Below, one piece after another: positions 36,195 to 50,427 of a stretch of 64,000 nucleotides of DNA; position 1 is the stretch's first letter; each line of letters opens with the position of its first letter. Source of the stretch: Octopus sinensis (taxonomy: Eukaryota); assembly GCF_006345805.1 (NCBI RefSeq), contig NC_042998.1, positions 205,778,001-205,842,000 on the forward strand, written 5' to 3'. Below the pieces are notes generated by a model. It was not told the DNA's origin. It was given only the letters and a program-made list of their open reading frames with translations, and did not search any database. Position numbers and translations under genes: made by a program.

Positions 36195-38998
36195 CTGTAT
36201 GTACTCGAATAATAGTTGATCTCATGCAAAAGTTGACCCTCCCCCCCTATTTTTGACCAAAAAATTGGGAATGCTTGGTGCTTATAATGAAACACCATTT
36301 AATAACAAGCACTACACATCTGTTGATAGGTGCTACATCACCATTACTAAAATGTATGCACAGGATATGCTGCAAGCCTGCACACATCTTCAAGCACAAA
36401 CACGTGTCACACTCATTGTTTACATGGTGAGAAATGCGTTTCATAGAAAGCATTATTGGCAAACGCCACTGTCATAACTTTGGTAAGCCTAAAAACATTC
36501 AATGAATTGCTAGATCAGGGATTCCCATGCGACTTATATATTTTCTTCATCTCCAAATACAATAAACACATGCATCATACGCTCATCTGTTTACGCTGTG
36601 AGAAATGTGTTTCACAGACAGCTCGATTGGTGATCAACAGTAAACGCCACTATTTCAGCTCTTGTTACATGGCATAACAGAATTTGTACTGGTATTCCTT
36701 ACTGCTTTAATGCAGGATTCAATTTGATGCACAGCTTTTGATGATTCTTCACAGCTACAACGATCTATGGAACTGTATGGGTGTCAAGCCATAAATTTCT
36801 ATCAGAGAAAAATAGCTTAAAATGCTATTGCAATTTAAACATTAAAAAAGTAGGTGAGAAAACAGAGGTCAATGAAGGGAATTTGGCATGAAAATTTAAG
36901 AAAATCAGGTAAGAGTTGAGTCACAATGTCTCTTTGCAGCTCAGTTTCCATATAGCACTCTTGGAATACAGTTGTAAAGTTGAGGGTTTAAAATTTCTCC
37001 ATCAATTTTATGTAAAAAATCCCTTCCAGAAAAATACAACAAATAACTGTAGCAGCAAGAGAATTTTGTGTTTCAGAGAGACTGGAGAAAGAGATCTGAC
37101 AAACTTCAGACAATGCGAAACCATCCGAATTCATGCACGAGAAGAATCAAAGAAAGATGGAATTTCAGATTTTAAAGCAAGTGCTGGATGGTGTTCTAGG
37201 TTCATGAGACGTTAGGAGTTCGGCAGAGAATTAAGATTGCACAAAAGCTGCCTGCTGAGCTAGATAAGATAATAGAATTTCATTGGTTTGTAATCAGAAA
37301 TCAACAAGAAGTGGGGTATGCATTATCATGGACTGGAAACATGGACAATACGCCTGTTCCTCTTGACATGCCAGAGAATCGAAATGTGAATCAAAAAGGA
37401 GAAAAAAACAGTATTTCTGAGAACCACTGGCCACAAGAAAAGGAAGGTTACTTTAGTTCTTTTATGTATGACAGATGGTACTAAATTAAAACTGATGGTT
37501 GTTTTAAAAGAAAAACTGTGCCAAAGGAGAAATTTTCAAAAGGAACTGTCATCCGTGCACATCTACAAGGATGGATGGGATGAAGGTGGATGTAGAAAAT
37601 AGATAAAGGAAATTTAGAACTTACGACCCGGTGAACTATGAAAGGAAAAGAGTTTGCTCACATGCGATCAGTTTAGAGCTCATCTAGAGAAGAATGTTGT
37701 TGATAGCCTCCAGTGAAAAAATACTGATAAAGCTGTAAACTCTCAGCAGACTTACAAGTGTTTTGCAACCATTCGATGTTTGTATTAATAAGCCATTTGA
37801 GAACATGATGGGAATCAAGTGGAATAACTGGATGCGTGATGGAGAAGAGACAAACACGAAAGGAGGTGGTATGCAGGCTCCATCACTGCTTCTGATCTGT
37901 GAATGGATCATTGATTCATGGAAGGAAATAAAAGTTGAAACTGTTGTCAGACCATTCATTGTATGATACAGAAGATGATTGTCTATGGGATGACATGTAT
38001 AAAGAAGGAGTGGATGATGTACTACCTCTAACTATGGAGAACGAAGATGAAGAGAATCCTTACAATGATATCATTCATCCTGATGACTAAGAAGCTTTAT
38101 TCAGTACTGAAGATGGTGAACAGCATTAATTTTTTAGGTTCTTCATGAAATTTTGTGCATAAAATGTTTAAAATGTACCATAATTGTAATTTGAAGCTGT
38201 ATTACCATAAATTTCTACAGCATTTTTTTGTTTGCATAAATAAAAATTTGATAACTTAATGGTTTTTATTGACATTATTATTTTGATATTATTTTGATAT
38301 TTGTTTTATATTTTGGGCCTTAAGCTTCACTGAATTTATAAAAAATAGAAATGCAAAGATTTTGGTACGGTCGTCTCTAATCCAGCCACAAAGAAGAAAA
38401 TGTTTTCGGTGGAGACTGTTGGTGGTGGAAAATGGTGTTGTGCTTCTACTTCTTTTATCAATTTCGGCATTTAAAACATCAAGTTGCATTTCATTAATTA
38501 GAAATAAAAATGCACCACTAATGCCATAATACAATTGTGATGAGTGAGACTTGAACCGTGAATACGGAAAACGTGTAATGCAGTTATGATGTGAAACACA
38601 CCAAATAGGTATCAGCTGTAGGCACCATATTAGGGTAGGTAGTAGCATGCTGGGACCAGGTAGACATGTTACTGGTGGTAATATAGTCTGTTAAGTTTGA
38701 TGGATACAAATAAAAGAGAAAGTGTAAATATTGATAAGAGTGAAGCAGTCTTGTTTATGGGTTTTGTTATTTACTAGGACATGTTTTGATGCATAGAATT
38801 GGTAATATTACTGGAATTCATTGTGTTTTTGGTTTTATTCACTAAGTGATCAGTTAGGCTTCTGCTGCTGTACGGTACTTTTGGATTCTATCTTGAATTT
38901 CAGCCCCGCAAAAGTAGTCTCCATGTAATAGTCAACCCCATAAATTTGACCTTAAAAAAATGGTCAAAATAAAATTCGACTTTTACACTCGTATATAT
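36195..38998 (+). mobile_element. pogo/Tigger-like DNA transposon, degenerate (transposase remnants ~36850-38090)
   Basis: CENP-B-type HTH end FKASAGWCSRFMRR, then GNMDNTPVPLDMP, CDQFRAH and LQPFDVCINKPF, with an acidic tail. The left end TA|CTGTATGTACTCGAATAATAG resembles pogo termini; the right end is degenerate and approximate. Confidence 0.75.
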
Positions 38999-38999
38999 C

Positions 39000-39768
39000 A
39001 TCATTATCATCGTCATTTAATGTCTGCTTTCCATGCTGGCATGGGATGGACAGTTTGACTGAGGACTGGCAAGCCAGAAGGCTGAACCTTTTTAGACCCC
39101 TACCTATACACCAAATTCTTCACTGTACTTGTGGTTAACTCTCACCTTACTGACAATGTCTCTGTACATGGCCTGTACAGCTTTCACCAGCCATTTGTTA
39201 ATCCCTAGCCTCCTCACAGCTCACCATATCATATAGCAGGGTGCTCTATTGAAGACTTTCTCTAGATCAACAAATACCAAGCATAATGGCTTATTCTTAG
39301 CTAAGCACTTCTCTTGCAGTTGCCTGACTATGAAAATAGTGTCAGTAGTGCTTCTTCCCTGGACAAAGCGTAACTGCATTTTGTCTAACCTAATTCTGCT
39401 CTCCTAATTAATTGGGCTATGACTCTCTCTCTCTAATTTCCACCACCTGGTCCAGGTGTTTGATGCCTCTATAATTGCTTCTATCTAAAGCATCACCTTT
39501 ACCCTTGTAGCAGCTAACAATAATGCTGCTATGCCAATCCTTGAGTATAACACCTTCCTGAATGACCTGATTAAACTATGTGGGTGACTAGCCTGTACCC
39601 TACCTTACTGGATATGTTGATCACCTCAGCCATGATTTTGGACGGACCAGGGGCTTTCCTGATTTTCATGGATTTTTGTGCATCATCACCATCATTTAGC
39701 ATCCATTGTCCATGCTAGCATAGCTTTGGATGGTTTGACGAGGGCTGGTAAGCTGAGGGGCTGCACCA

Positions 39769-39770
<2 letters not shown>
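39000..39770 (-). mobile_element. RTE fragments (tail plus RT N-terminal part)
   Basis: (CAT)n tails at ~39000 and ~39680. The reverse strand encodes remnants of GREST.DTIFIVRQLQEKCLAKNKPL..FVDLEK. Confidence 0.7.
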
Positions 39771-39832
<62 letters not shown>

Positions 39833-39833
<1 letters not shown>

Positions 39834-40040
39834 CTCTTTACTTGTTTTAGTCATTTAACTGCGGCCATGCTGGAGCACCACCTTTAGTCGAGCAACTCGA
39901 CCCCGGGACTTATTCTTTTTGTAAGCCCAGTACTTATTCTATCAATCTCTTTTTGCCGAACCACTAAGTGACGGGGGACGTAAACACACCAGCATCAGTT
40001 GTCAAGCAATGCTAGGGGAACAAACACAGACACACAAACA
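39833..40040 (-). mobile_element. SINE family A, 3' half
   Basis: Near-identical to the 3' half of 10175-10563. Confidence 0.85.
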
Positions 40041-40169
40041 CATACATATATGTATATATATATATAAAGTTATTATTCAAAATTCAATAGGTTTGAATAA
40101 TAGGGAAGAGTAGTCCCCGTATAGTCAATCAGGTGATACATGAAGGAGTCATATCCAATGACTGGTGTA

Positions 40170-41360
40170 GCAGCACCACAGTCAACTGCTACAAAAGTAA
40201 AGGTGGTGCATTAGGTATGAATAATTGCTGAAGTATCAAGTTATTGGATCAGGTAATGAAAGTCACGGAGAGGGTCATAGCCCAACTAATTAGAGTCAGT
40301 CTAGATGAGATACAGTTTGGGTTTGTGCCAGGGAGAAGCAGCACTGATGCTATATTTCTGGTAAGACAGCTGCAGGAGAAATTCCTAGCCAAAGATAAAC
40401 CTTTGTGCCTGGCTTTCATTGACATGGAGAAAGCCTTTGACAGGGTCTCCCAATCCTTTATCTGGTGGTCAATGCGAAAACTAGAGATAGATAAGTGATT
40501 AGTGAGAGCTGTACAAGCCATGTTCAGGGATGCTGTCAGTAAGGTGAGAGATGGCAGCAAGTACAGTGAAGAATTCCCGGTAGGATGAGGACAACTGTGT
40601 GAAAAAGTGTCACACCCTAGCAGTTGAGGGAACCTGTGGAAGAGGTAGATCCAGGAAGACTTGGGATGAGGTGGTGAAGCACAACCTTCAAACATTGGGC
40701 CACACCGAAGCAATGACAAGTGACCAAGACCTTTGGAGACATACTGTGCTTGAGAAGACCTGGCAAGCCAAGTGAGACCATAACCATGGCCTATGCCAGT
40801 GCTATATAACCAGCCCATTTAAGAGCACCCTTCAATCATTGGACAATAAACTATGCTTGTGAAGACCTGTTGAGGCAAGGCAAGTGAAATCGTTGTCGTG
40901 GCCAATGACAGTACCGCCTGATTGGCACCCATACCAGTGGAACATTAAAAGCACCATTTGAGCATGATCATTGCCAGGGCTGCTAAGTGGCTCTTGAGCT
41001 GGTGGCACATAAAAAGCATCATTCAAGCGTGATCATTGCCAGTGTTGCATGACTGACTCCTGTGCCGGGGACATGTAAAAAACATCATTCGAGCATGGTT
41101 GTTGCCAGTGCTGCTGGACTGCCTCCTGTGCAGGTGGCACATAAAAAGCACCATTTGAGCCTAGCCAATGCAAGTACTGCCTGACTGGCCCTTGTGCCAG
41201 TGGCACATAAAAACACCCACTACACTATCGGAGTGGTTGGCGTTGGGAAGGGCATCCAGCTGTAGAAACATTGCCAGATCAGATTGGAGCCTGGTGCAGC
41301 CTCCTGGCTTGCTAGTCCCCAGTCAAACTGTCCAACCTATGCCAGCATGGAAATGCACTT
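40170..41360 (+). mobile_element. RTE with internal deletion and multi-unit 3' UTR
   Basis: ORF 40244..40498 (QFGFVPGRSSTDAIFLVRQLQEKFLAKDKPL..DMEKAFDRV) jumps to the ORF end, followed by 5-6 AAAAAGCACCATT-type UTR units. Confidence 0.85.
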
Positions 41361-42539
41361 AGCCACTTTCTTGTTCTTTCCACTTCACCATATGCTTTAT
41401 TACCTTGCTGACACTACTTTTTCTGAAACAACCATTACAATAAAAGTTGCATCAGTTGTTCCCCTTCTTGGCATAAACTGACCTTCATTTCTATTCTAAT
41501 CCTTTCCAAACACCCTCATTCCTCCCACCCATCCTTCTGCTCAACTCTCAATCCGCTGCAATACAGTCTTCTTTCACCCCAACTGACACTTCTGGCAGGG
41601 TTTCTTCACAGCCTAATTCCCTGATGCCTTTATCACGTCTCTCCAAACATCTTTTTCAACATGTCACTATCCTTATCACTTCTTTCATTTCTTTCTCAAT
41701 TATCTCCTCTATTAGAGTCACATTATTCTGCGTTGCCATCTCATTCTTCACAATCTCATCATATACCTCCCTTTGGAAACACAACAATTTGTTCCATGTT
41801 TGGTCATGTGATGCAGATGGATGCCAACAACTCCATAAAGAAGTGCCGATCTCTCAAAGTGGATGGAACATGTGGAAGTGTGAGACCCAGGAAGATCTAG
41901 GGGGAAGCACTGAAGAATGACCTCAGGAAGCTGAACATTTCAGGTGAGATGACAAAGGACTAAGATACCTGGCACCTGACCATACTCAAGAAGACTCGTA
42001 CCCTGCAGCAGACGTTATAAGACCAATCCTTCTGGTGGTGTATATCACTCATGGCAATACCATATAAAAGTGCCCATGTGATGACACGGAAAATCACCAT
42101 GTGGTAACATGTAAATGCACCCAGTACATACTGTAAAGTGGTTGGCGTTAGGAAGTGCATCCAACTGTAGAAACCATGCCAAAGCAGACTGGAGTTAGCA
42201 GCAGCCCCCTCCCAGCTTGCCAGTTTGGGTCACACCATCCAACCCATGTCAGCATACACACGGATGTTAAATGATGATCTTCTTTAAGTTGCTTCCCCAA
42301 CACTAATCACATCACAGCTACATCAAGAATCTAACATAATTACGTTGTGAGCCGAGTATCAAGAATGACACAGTTATTGAAAGCATTAGTGATAAAGAGG
42401 TCAGAGCAGGTCATTAATGGTCAATGAGAAATACTTAAAAAAATGTGTGTTGGATATATTTTATATCAGACCTTGTCAAATTTTATTGGTATTGCTAAAA
42501 TTATTGAGGAAATATTTGTATAGTGCCATCATCAACATC

Positions 42540-43700
42540 ATAAATATGATGATGATGGTGGATGATGATGGATTGGCAAAACTATGGACCCAATGTAAGC
42601 TATGGACACATAAGAGGTGTAGCAATATCAAAGGAATGCTAACTGGGAAGACAGTTTTTGTGTGTGGTAGATGCACAAGGGCAATAAACACCAAAGATGT
42701 ACAAAAAACAGACTCCATCACATGCCAGGAGAAAAAACTAGAAGTAGCTGATAGCTTCCATCACTTAAGTCAGTAGCAGGGGTGGATGCTCTGAGAGCAT
42801 AGCTGCTAGAATAAGAATAATCTGGGCAAAGTTCAGAGAGCTCCTACTTCTGCTGGTAACAAAAGGCATCCTAGAGTGAAAAGAAGACTGTGGTGCATGT
42901 GTGTGAATAGCCATGCTATATGACAGTGAAACATGAGCTGGGAATGCTGAGGACAAGCATGGGCTTGAAAGAAATGAAGTTAGTATATTCCGTTGAATGT
43001 ATAATGTCAGTGTGCATACATGACAGAGTGTAAGCACCCTTAGAGAAAAGTTGGACATAAGAAGCATCAGATGTGGTGTGCAAGAGAGACGACTGTGCTG
43101 GTATAGTCATGTGTTGCATATGGATGAGGAGAGCTGAGTGAAAAGTGCCACACCATAACAATGGAGTAAACTTGTGGAAGAGGTAGACCCAGGAAGATCT
43201 GGGATGAGGTGGTGAAGTACGCCCTTTAAACACTGGGCCTCACAGAGGCAATAACAAGTGACCAAGACCTTTGGAGATATGCTGTGCTTGAGAAGACCTG
43301 TTGAGTTAAGTGAAATTGTTGTCATGACCGATGCCAGTGCTGCCTGACTGGTATCTGTGCAAGTGGCACGTAAAAAGCACCATTCGAGCGGAGCTGATGC
43401 CAGTGCAAGTGGCATATAAAAAGCACCATTCGAGCATGGTTGATGTCAGTCCTGCCTGACTGGCTTCCATGCCGGTGGCATGTAAAAAGCACCATTTGAG
43501 TGTGGTCGATGCCAGTGCCACTGGACTGGCCCCTGTGCTGGCAGTATGTAAAAAGCACCCACTACACTTGCAGAGTGGTTGGCGTTAAGGAGGGCATCCA
43601 GCTGCAGAAACCTTGCCAGATCAGATTGGAGTCTGGTGCAGCCTCCTGGCTTGTCAGTCGTCAGTCAAACCACCCAACCCATGCCAGCAGACGTTAAATG
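42540..43700 (+). mobile_element. RTE 3' fragment with partial PHD-like insert, RT C-terminus and UTR repeats
   Basis: ORF 42417..42776 end: QCKLWTHKRCSNIKG..VFVCGRC..LEVADSF; family UTR and (GAT)n tail. Confidence 0.85.
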
Positions 43701-44984
43701 ATGATGATGAATTTATGGTGTTCCTCTTGGCTTCACGTTCAAATTCGACCAACAACATACCATCATCATCAATTAATGTCCCTTTTTCCTGGATGGCATG
43801 AGCTGGATGGCTTGACAGGAGCTGTGTAAGGCTGATGGAAGCGCCAGGTTCTATTGTTTGTTCTGGTATGGTTTCTACAGTTCAATGCTCTTCCTAAAAC
43901 CAATCACTTTACAGAGTGTACTAGGTGCTTATTACTTGGAACCGTCACCAGGACTTCTAGCATGGTACCAGCAACAGCCGTGCTTTTTATGTAGCACAGC
44001 ACTTTTTGTGCTTTTAATCAGATACCAACAACATACTGGTGTTAATTTAATGAACTACAATTGTCAGCCTGCAACTATGTGATCTTGTGTTAATGTTAGA
44101 AACTATTATGAATCTGAAATATTCAGAGAATGGATAATTGGAATGGAATAACAATTTGGAAACTGAGACACCCAGTTTGTCTCTTGATGTTTGCAGAGGG
44201 GCATGATGAAGGACCTGTGCTTGACCTGTTATAAACAGCAGTAACTTTCAACTTAATCACACCTTACCATCTTCAAAAAGCATAAATTTGAAAGAAAAAG
44301 TTTATGGCATGGTCATAACTGGAATGATTTTCATCACAGAACCTACTGGATCTGGGTGATAATAGCAACAGCCAACATATTGGTGAGGTTAGGCCAAGTA
44401 GGGATCTAGTTAAATAGTGAGAAAACTTTAGAAGGTCATAGCAGCTCTAAAAATAATTGCTTCAATGAAAATGACTAGCCATTGTCATTGTTTGACATCT
44501 GCTTTTCCTGCTGTCATCGGTTGTCATAGTAGTTCCTGTTGAGCGACCATGTCATGCTTGTACATTTTATTTCAGCTTGATACCTACAGCTGAATGCCCT
44601 TCCTAACACCAACCACTATACAGAGTGCACTGAGGGTATTTTATCAGGGTAGCAGCACAGGGGAGGTTACTTTGTACCCCACAAGACAAAAGAGGTCACC
44701 ACTGATTTACATTGTCCAATGAAGCGCATAGAAGAGAAGGCAGTAGCAGTAAATGAAAAAAGATGAGAGCGAGAAAGAAGTGATAGCTTGATGGGGGGGG
44801 GGGGAGTATGGTGTTATGGGGTGGCTGTGAGGAGGAGGAGGGCAAAAGTATAAGAGAAACGGTGCTAGGAGTGATGGAAAGGAAACTGTGAAGGTCAGGA
44901 GCAGAGAGAGAGGAAGTGTTGGCTGGCAATAAAGTGAGGTAATGTTAAGTGGTAAGAGTGAGCATGAGTGATGATAAAAGAGGG

Positions 44985-45295
44985 ATCCGGCCGTTTTCCA
45001 TGTTAGCACGGGTTGGACGGTTCGACCGGGGTCTGGGAAGCCAGGAGGCTGCACCAGGCTCCAGTCTGATCTGGCAGTGTTTCTACAGCTGGATGCCCTT
45101 CCTAATGCCAACCACTCCGTGAGTGTAGTGGGTGCTTTTTACGTGCCACCGGCACAGGTGTCAGAGGAGGCTGGCAGCAGCCACAATCGGTTGGTGCTTT
45201 TTACGTGCCACCGGCACAGAAGCCAGTCAAGGCAGCACTGGCATCGGCCACGTTCGGATGGTGCTTTTTACATGCCACCGGCACAGGTATCACAA
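44985..45295 (-). mobile_element. RTE 3' UTR, well preserved
   Basis: Family tail with three GTGCCACCGGCAC hairpin units. Confidence 0.85.
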
Positions 45296-45753
45296 CTACA
45301 AGTTTTACAATTTATCACAACTACAATGGATATTAATAAAGGAATAACCTGGGAAGAGGGAATGACGGTTGATAGTAACACAAAAAACAAAACAAAAAAA
45401 ACAACTGTGTATTTCAAAGACAGAATCAATGTCAGATGGTTCTTTAGTTTGTTTCAATTATTAGTGTATGGCCATAATGGAGCACAGCTACATGTTACTA
45501 TAGAAGTACCAACTAAAATACAATGTTTTCAAGTTGTCAGCAATTTTAGAGAAGTTAGTGATTCAAGAGAAAAGATATTTCCAGATGAAGAAACATGATA
45601 ATACTCCAGAAGTTAACTTGTGTCCATTTACATTTGTTCTGCTGAAGAAAAATTGCTAAGTCAGACTTCAGTGTCTCAAGGAACTCCAATCACAACCCTA
45701 ACCCCTCTTTTCCCCAGGTATATAATCACTTGCATTACTTTTATGCACATATA

Positions 45754-45907
45754 GGCGCAGGAGTGGCCGTGTGGTAAGTAGCTTGCTAACCAACCACGTG
45801 GCATCTTGGGCAAGTGTCTTCTGCTATAGCCCCGGGCCGACCAATGCATTGTGAGTGGATTTGGTAGACGGAAACTGAAAGAAGCCTGTCATATATATGT
45901 ATGTATG

Positions 45908-45950
<43 letters not shown>

Positions 45951-45983
45951 TATATGTGTGTGTGTGTGTGTGGTGTGTGTGTG

Positions 45984-46027
<44 letters not shown>

Positions 46028-46220
46028 TGTGTTTGTCCCCCTAGCATTGCTTGACAACCGATGCTGGTGTGTTTACGTCCCCGTCACTTAGCGGTTCGGC
46101 AAAAGAGACTGATAGAATAAGTACTGGGCTTACAAAGAATAAGTCCCAGGGTCGATTTGCTCGACTAAAGGCGGTGCTCCAGCATGGTCACAGTCAAATG
46201 ACTGAAACAAATAAAAGAGT
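45754..46220 (+). mobile_element. SINE family A with expanded internal microsatellite
   Basis: Same head and tail as the 10175 copy; short deletion in the head; ~140-bp AT/GT tract. Confidence 0.9.
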
Positions 46221-46304
46221 AATATATTTTGGATTGTCTGATAAATTCATTCATTTCTTTCCAATATTATTTGAATTAACATGTCAAATATTTTTATTCA
46301 TCAT

Positions 46305-46790
46305 CCTCATCATCCTTTAACATGTGTCTTCCATGCTAGCCTGGGTTGGATGGTTTGACTGGCAAATAGGAGAGCTGCACCAGATTTTGGTCTGATTTGG
46401 CTTGGTTTCAACAGATGGATGCTCTTCCTAACACCAACCACTTTAAAAAGCGTGTTGGGTGCCTTTTATGAGGCACCAGCACAGGGCTTTTGCAGGGGCA
46501 GTGGCATTGACGTTTCTGCTGTAGAGAACAAGTCTTCTTGAGTATGGTAAGGCACCAGATGTCTTGGTCTTTTGTCGTCATCTCTGTAAGGTTCAGTGCC
46601 TTGAGGTCATTCTTCAATCCTTCATCCCATCTCTTCTTGGGTCTCCCTCTACCACAAATTCCATCTGCTTTGAATGGTCGGCACTTCTTTACAGAACTGT
46701 CTACATCTGTCAACATCCCATGACCAAACCAGCACAGTCTTCTCTGGCCTCATTCCTCACCAGCTTTTGCAGGTCCTCTGCATTCAAAGC
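46305..46790 (-). mobile_element. RTE 3' fragment, degenerate
   Basis: ORF 46408..46716 (SVKKCRPFKADGICGRGRPKKRWDE) plus family tail. Confidence 0.75.
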
Positions 46791-47069
46791 CCACACCTCA
46801 CTACCAGATTATCACCTTGTTTTCAGTCACTCTCAAACAGTCTGTGAGGGGTTTCATTTAACAATGATGTGGAGTTGAAAACACAGCTTGATGGATTCTT
46901 CAATTAAAGACTTGGTGGTTTCTGCCACCAAGGCAGTGGACAAGCCAGTGGAACATTAAGTCACAAACAATGAAGGAGAATATATTACAGATTGATTTGC
47001 TGAAAATTGTTGGTGAAAAATAAAGATTTATATAAATAGTAAAAAGGACATACACATTTATCTGACAAT

Positions 47070-47445
47070 CCAGTGATAAAAAGTTTGCTTCCCAGCCACA
47101 TGGTTCTGGGTTCAGTCCCACTGCATTGCATAGCACCTTGGGCAAGTGACTTCTATTATAGCCTTGGACCAACCAAAGGCTTGCGAGTGGATCTGGTAGA
47201 TAGAAACTGAAAGAAGACTGTCATATATGTGTGCGTGATTGTCCCCCACCACTGCTTGTCAACTGGTGCTAGTGTGTATGTCCCTGTAACTTAGCAGTTT
47301 GGCAAAAGAAACTGATAGAATATGTACCAGGCTCAAAAGAATAAATACTGAGGTTTATTCATTTAACCCAAAAATTCTCCAAGGTGGTGCCCCAGCATGG
47401 CTGCAGTCTAAAGACTGAAACTAGTAAAAAATAAAAGATAAAAAG
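47070..47445 (+). mobile_element. SINE family A, degenerate
   Basis: GGTTCAGTCCCACTGC, CTTGGGCAAGTG and CCAGCATGGCTGCAGTC landmarks. Confidence 0.8.
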
Positions 47446-49025
47446 TAATATAATTTTATATACATACACACAACACAGTGTGAATGAGGACTGAAATAGA
47501 TTTAAATATTTGAAAGCCTAGCTGTGACAGGAAATTATAGAAACAAATACATTCCTAGGTTTCTGATTTGTAGAAAAAAAAAGGGGGGGGGGAGACCATT
47601 TCACAGTTTATTCCCTACACCTCAAAAAACATACCCAGATTCCTTCTCTAATTAATGGCATAGAATAGTCAACTCATATTACTTAAGTGGATAGTTTAAT
47701 CTGCATGTTTGTGCTTTTGACAGCTGGTCACTAAATAAACATTTATGCACCAAGAAAATAGGACAGCAAGCCTTCAAAACAGTAATGGATTTTGTATCTT
47801 GGGGTATTGATTTAAAATCTACCTCAAACATAATGTTGTACCCAGAAAATGTACACAACTTGACTACTTGCTTTTATTATCCTCTTTACCTCAATCAACC
47901 CATCAAAAATAAAGAAGCCCTTCCCACTTTCTAATTACAAAGTCGTTATCATTGTCATCATCACACACCTGCTTCTCTTTATAATGGCATAACTTCTCAA
48001 AATCCTACTCAGTCATCTGCTTTCACACATATTGAAAAGTGGTTGTTGTATACATTCACAAAACTATTATTTATATTTTGTGTATGTATCCATAAACTAC
48101 TAAAACTCTGTAATTGCTTGCTTGCATGCGTGCTTGTCTGTAATTTAATACAGCCAAACTGGTGCATAATGGGAAAATGCTCTACAATTAAGATACCCTT
48201 GAAATGTGAATACAAAAGGAATAAAACACGTTTCACGTAAATCAGACCACGGATTCCCGAGATATGTGGGGGTTTTTGGGGGTGCCTTCATAAATAACCA
48301 AAACAGTACATAATGGGAAAATACCCTGAAGGTAACATAACCCTAAAAATACAAATTGTTTGTACAGTGAGTATTTTTATTTCAGTTTTCTTTAAACAGA
48401 CAATATTTTAATTATTAAAAAGTATTTCTAAGTCAATATGATTTGAAAAATACAAGTTGTTTGTAGAGTAAATATTTATATTCAGCTTTCTTTACAAAGA
48501 TATTTTAATTATTTAGAAATGTTTCTAAGGGATGATTTTTAAAAAAAGGTTTCTTGAGGTAATAGGAATTTCTTCTAAGGTGAATATGATTTTCTATTCT
48601 TAGATCATGCCTCGACGAAGAAGAAAGAAAATATCCGGTTAGTCTATAGATAGTGGGAAGAGATTATAGTTAAGGAAAGCTGAAGAAGGTGAGCGATATA
48701 GTGGTGAATGTCAACAAGATTGGGACAGGCACACAAATAGAAAGATCAATGAGATTGATAAAGGAAGAGCTGAGTGTCTGGCAGAACAAAGGGAAAGAGA
48801 GAGAAGCAGGAGATCCTGAATTGGACAGTTGAAACATGATGTCTTGTAAACCAGACTCATGATGACACAAACAAACTGAAATATTTCACTGAATCATCAT
48901 AAAATTAACTTTCATTTCAATGGAATGTTGAAATCAGCTTCAATGTTTTATAACCTGAACTGTCAGTGACCCAACAGGTCATGGGTAGTCTAGTATTACA
49001 TACATATATATACACACACACACGC

Positions 49026-49231
49026 TTTACTCTTTTACTTGTTTCAGTCATTTGACTGTGGCCATGCTGGAGCACTGTCTTTAGTCGAGCAAATCGATCC
49101 TAGGACTTATTCTTTGTAAGCCTAGTACTTATTCTATCGGTCTCTTTTGCCAAACCGTTAAGTTACAGGGATGTAAACACAACAGCATCAGTTGTCAAGT
49201 GATGTTGGGGGGAACAAACACCGACACACAA

Positions 49232-49284
<53 letters not shown>

Positions 49285-49443
49285 TATATACGATGGGCTT
49301 CTTTCAGTTTCCGTCTACCAAATCCACTCACAAGGCTTTGGTTATAAGTAGAAGACACTTGTCCAAGGTGCCACACAATGGGAATGAACCCGGAACCATG
49401 TGGTTGGTAAGCCAGCAACTTACCACACAGCAACTCCTGCACC
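49026..49443 (-). mobile_element. SINE family A
   Basis: Full head-to-tail reverse copy with internal microsatellite. Confidence 0.85.
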
Positions 49444-49706
49444 ATATATATATATATATATAAGCAAGAAAATGGACAGGACCCTTTCTCCATCAGGTAA
49501 ATGGCTTTGCTCACTATATAGAAAAGGTGTAGGCAGGAATTCCATATGGTGTACTCAATGCAAGTTGTGCACACAAAAGAAGAACAGTTGAATAATAGGA
49601 AGATTATCAGAGAAGGTAGTGTTTGTATGTGGAAGTTGCACAGGAACTATAAAAACTATAGATACTTAGGAAACTGATTTTCTCAAATGCCCCAGAGGCT
49701 CTTTAA

Positions 49707-49915
49707 CCCTTTAGTGTTCAGATTATTCTATCAAACATAATGCTTATTGATTTGAATTAATCATGCATTATTTCATATCTTCAAGATCTTGATAGTGTAA
49801 TTACTTAATGTAGAATAACATTGTAGGGTAGGTGTGAGAGCCTGGATCTGGTCAGTTTGAACATAAAACAGATTAACTATTTTGGCCGGATATGGCCGGT
49901 TTAAATACTAAAGGG
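49707..49915 (-). mobile_element. TTAA MITE inserted in an RTE RT fragment (~49455-49975)
   Basis: TTAA at 49703-06 and 49916-19. Removing it restores the frame KCPRGSLKVVDNFCYLGD. Confidence 0.9.
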
Positions 49916-50157
49916 TTAAAGGTAGTAGATAATTTCTGCTACCTAGGTGACCCAATTAGCTGTGGGGGAGGAAACACAAAATGTGCACGTAAAAGCACCC
50001 ACTACACTATCAGAGTGGTTGGCGTTAGGAAGGGCATCCAGCTGTAGAAACTCAGCCAGATCAAGATTGGAGTCTGGTGCAGCCATCTGGTTCACCTGTC
50101 CTCAGTCAAATTGTCCAAGCTATGCTAGCATGGAAAGCAGACATTAAACAATGATGA

Positions 50158-50203
<46 letters not shown>

Positions 50204-50205
<2 letters not shown>

Positions 50206-50420
50206 TGGCCGTTTGCCAGCTCCGTCTGGCACCTGTGCGGGTGGCACGTAAAAAGCACCCACTACACTCACGGAGTGGTTGGCGTTAGGAAGGGCATCCA
50301 GCCGTAGAAACACTGCCAGATCAGACTGGAGCCTGATGCAGCCTTCTGGCTTCACAGACCCCAGTTAAACCGTCCAACCCATGCTAGCATGGAAAGCGGA
50401 CGTTAAACGATGATGATGAT
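50204..50420 (+). mobile_element. RTE 3' tail flanked by (TA)n, inverted partner of 50428-50642
   Basis: 155 bp (50240-50394) is the perfect reverse complement of the adjacent element's tail. Confidence 0.9.
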
Positions 50421-50427
50421 ATATATA

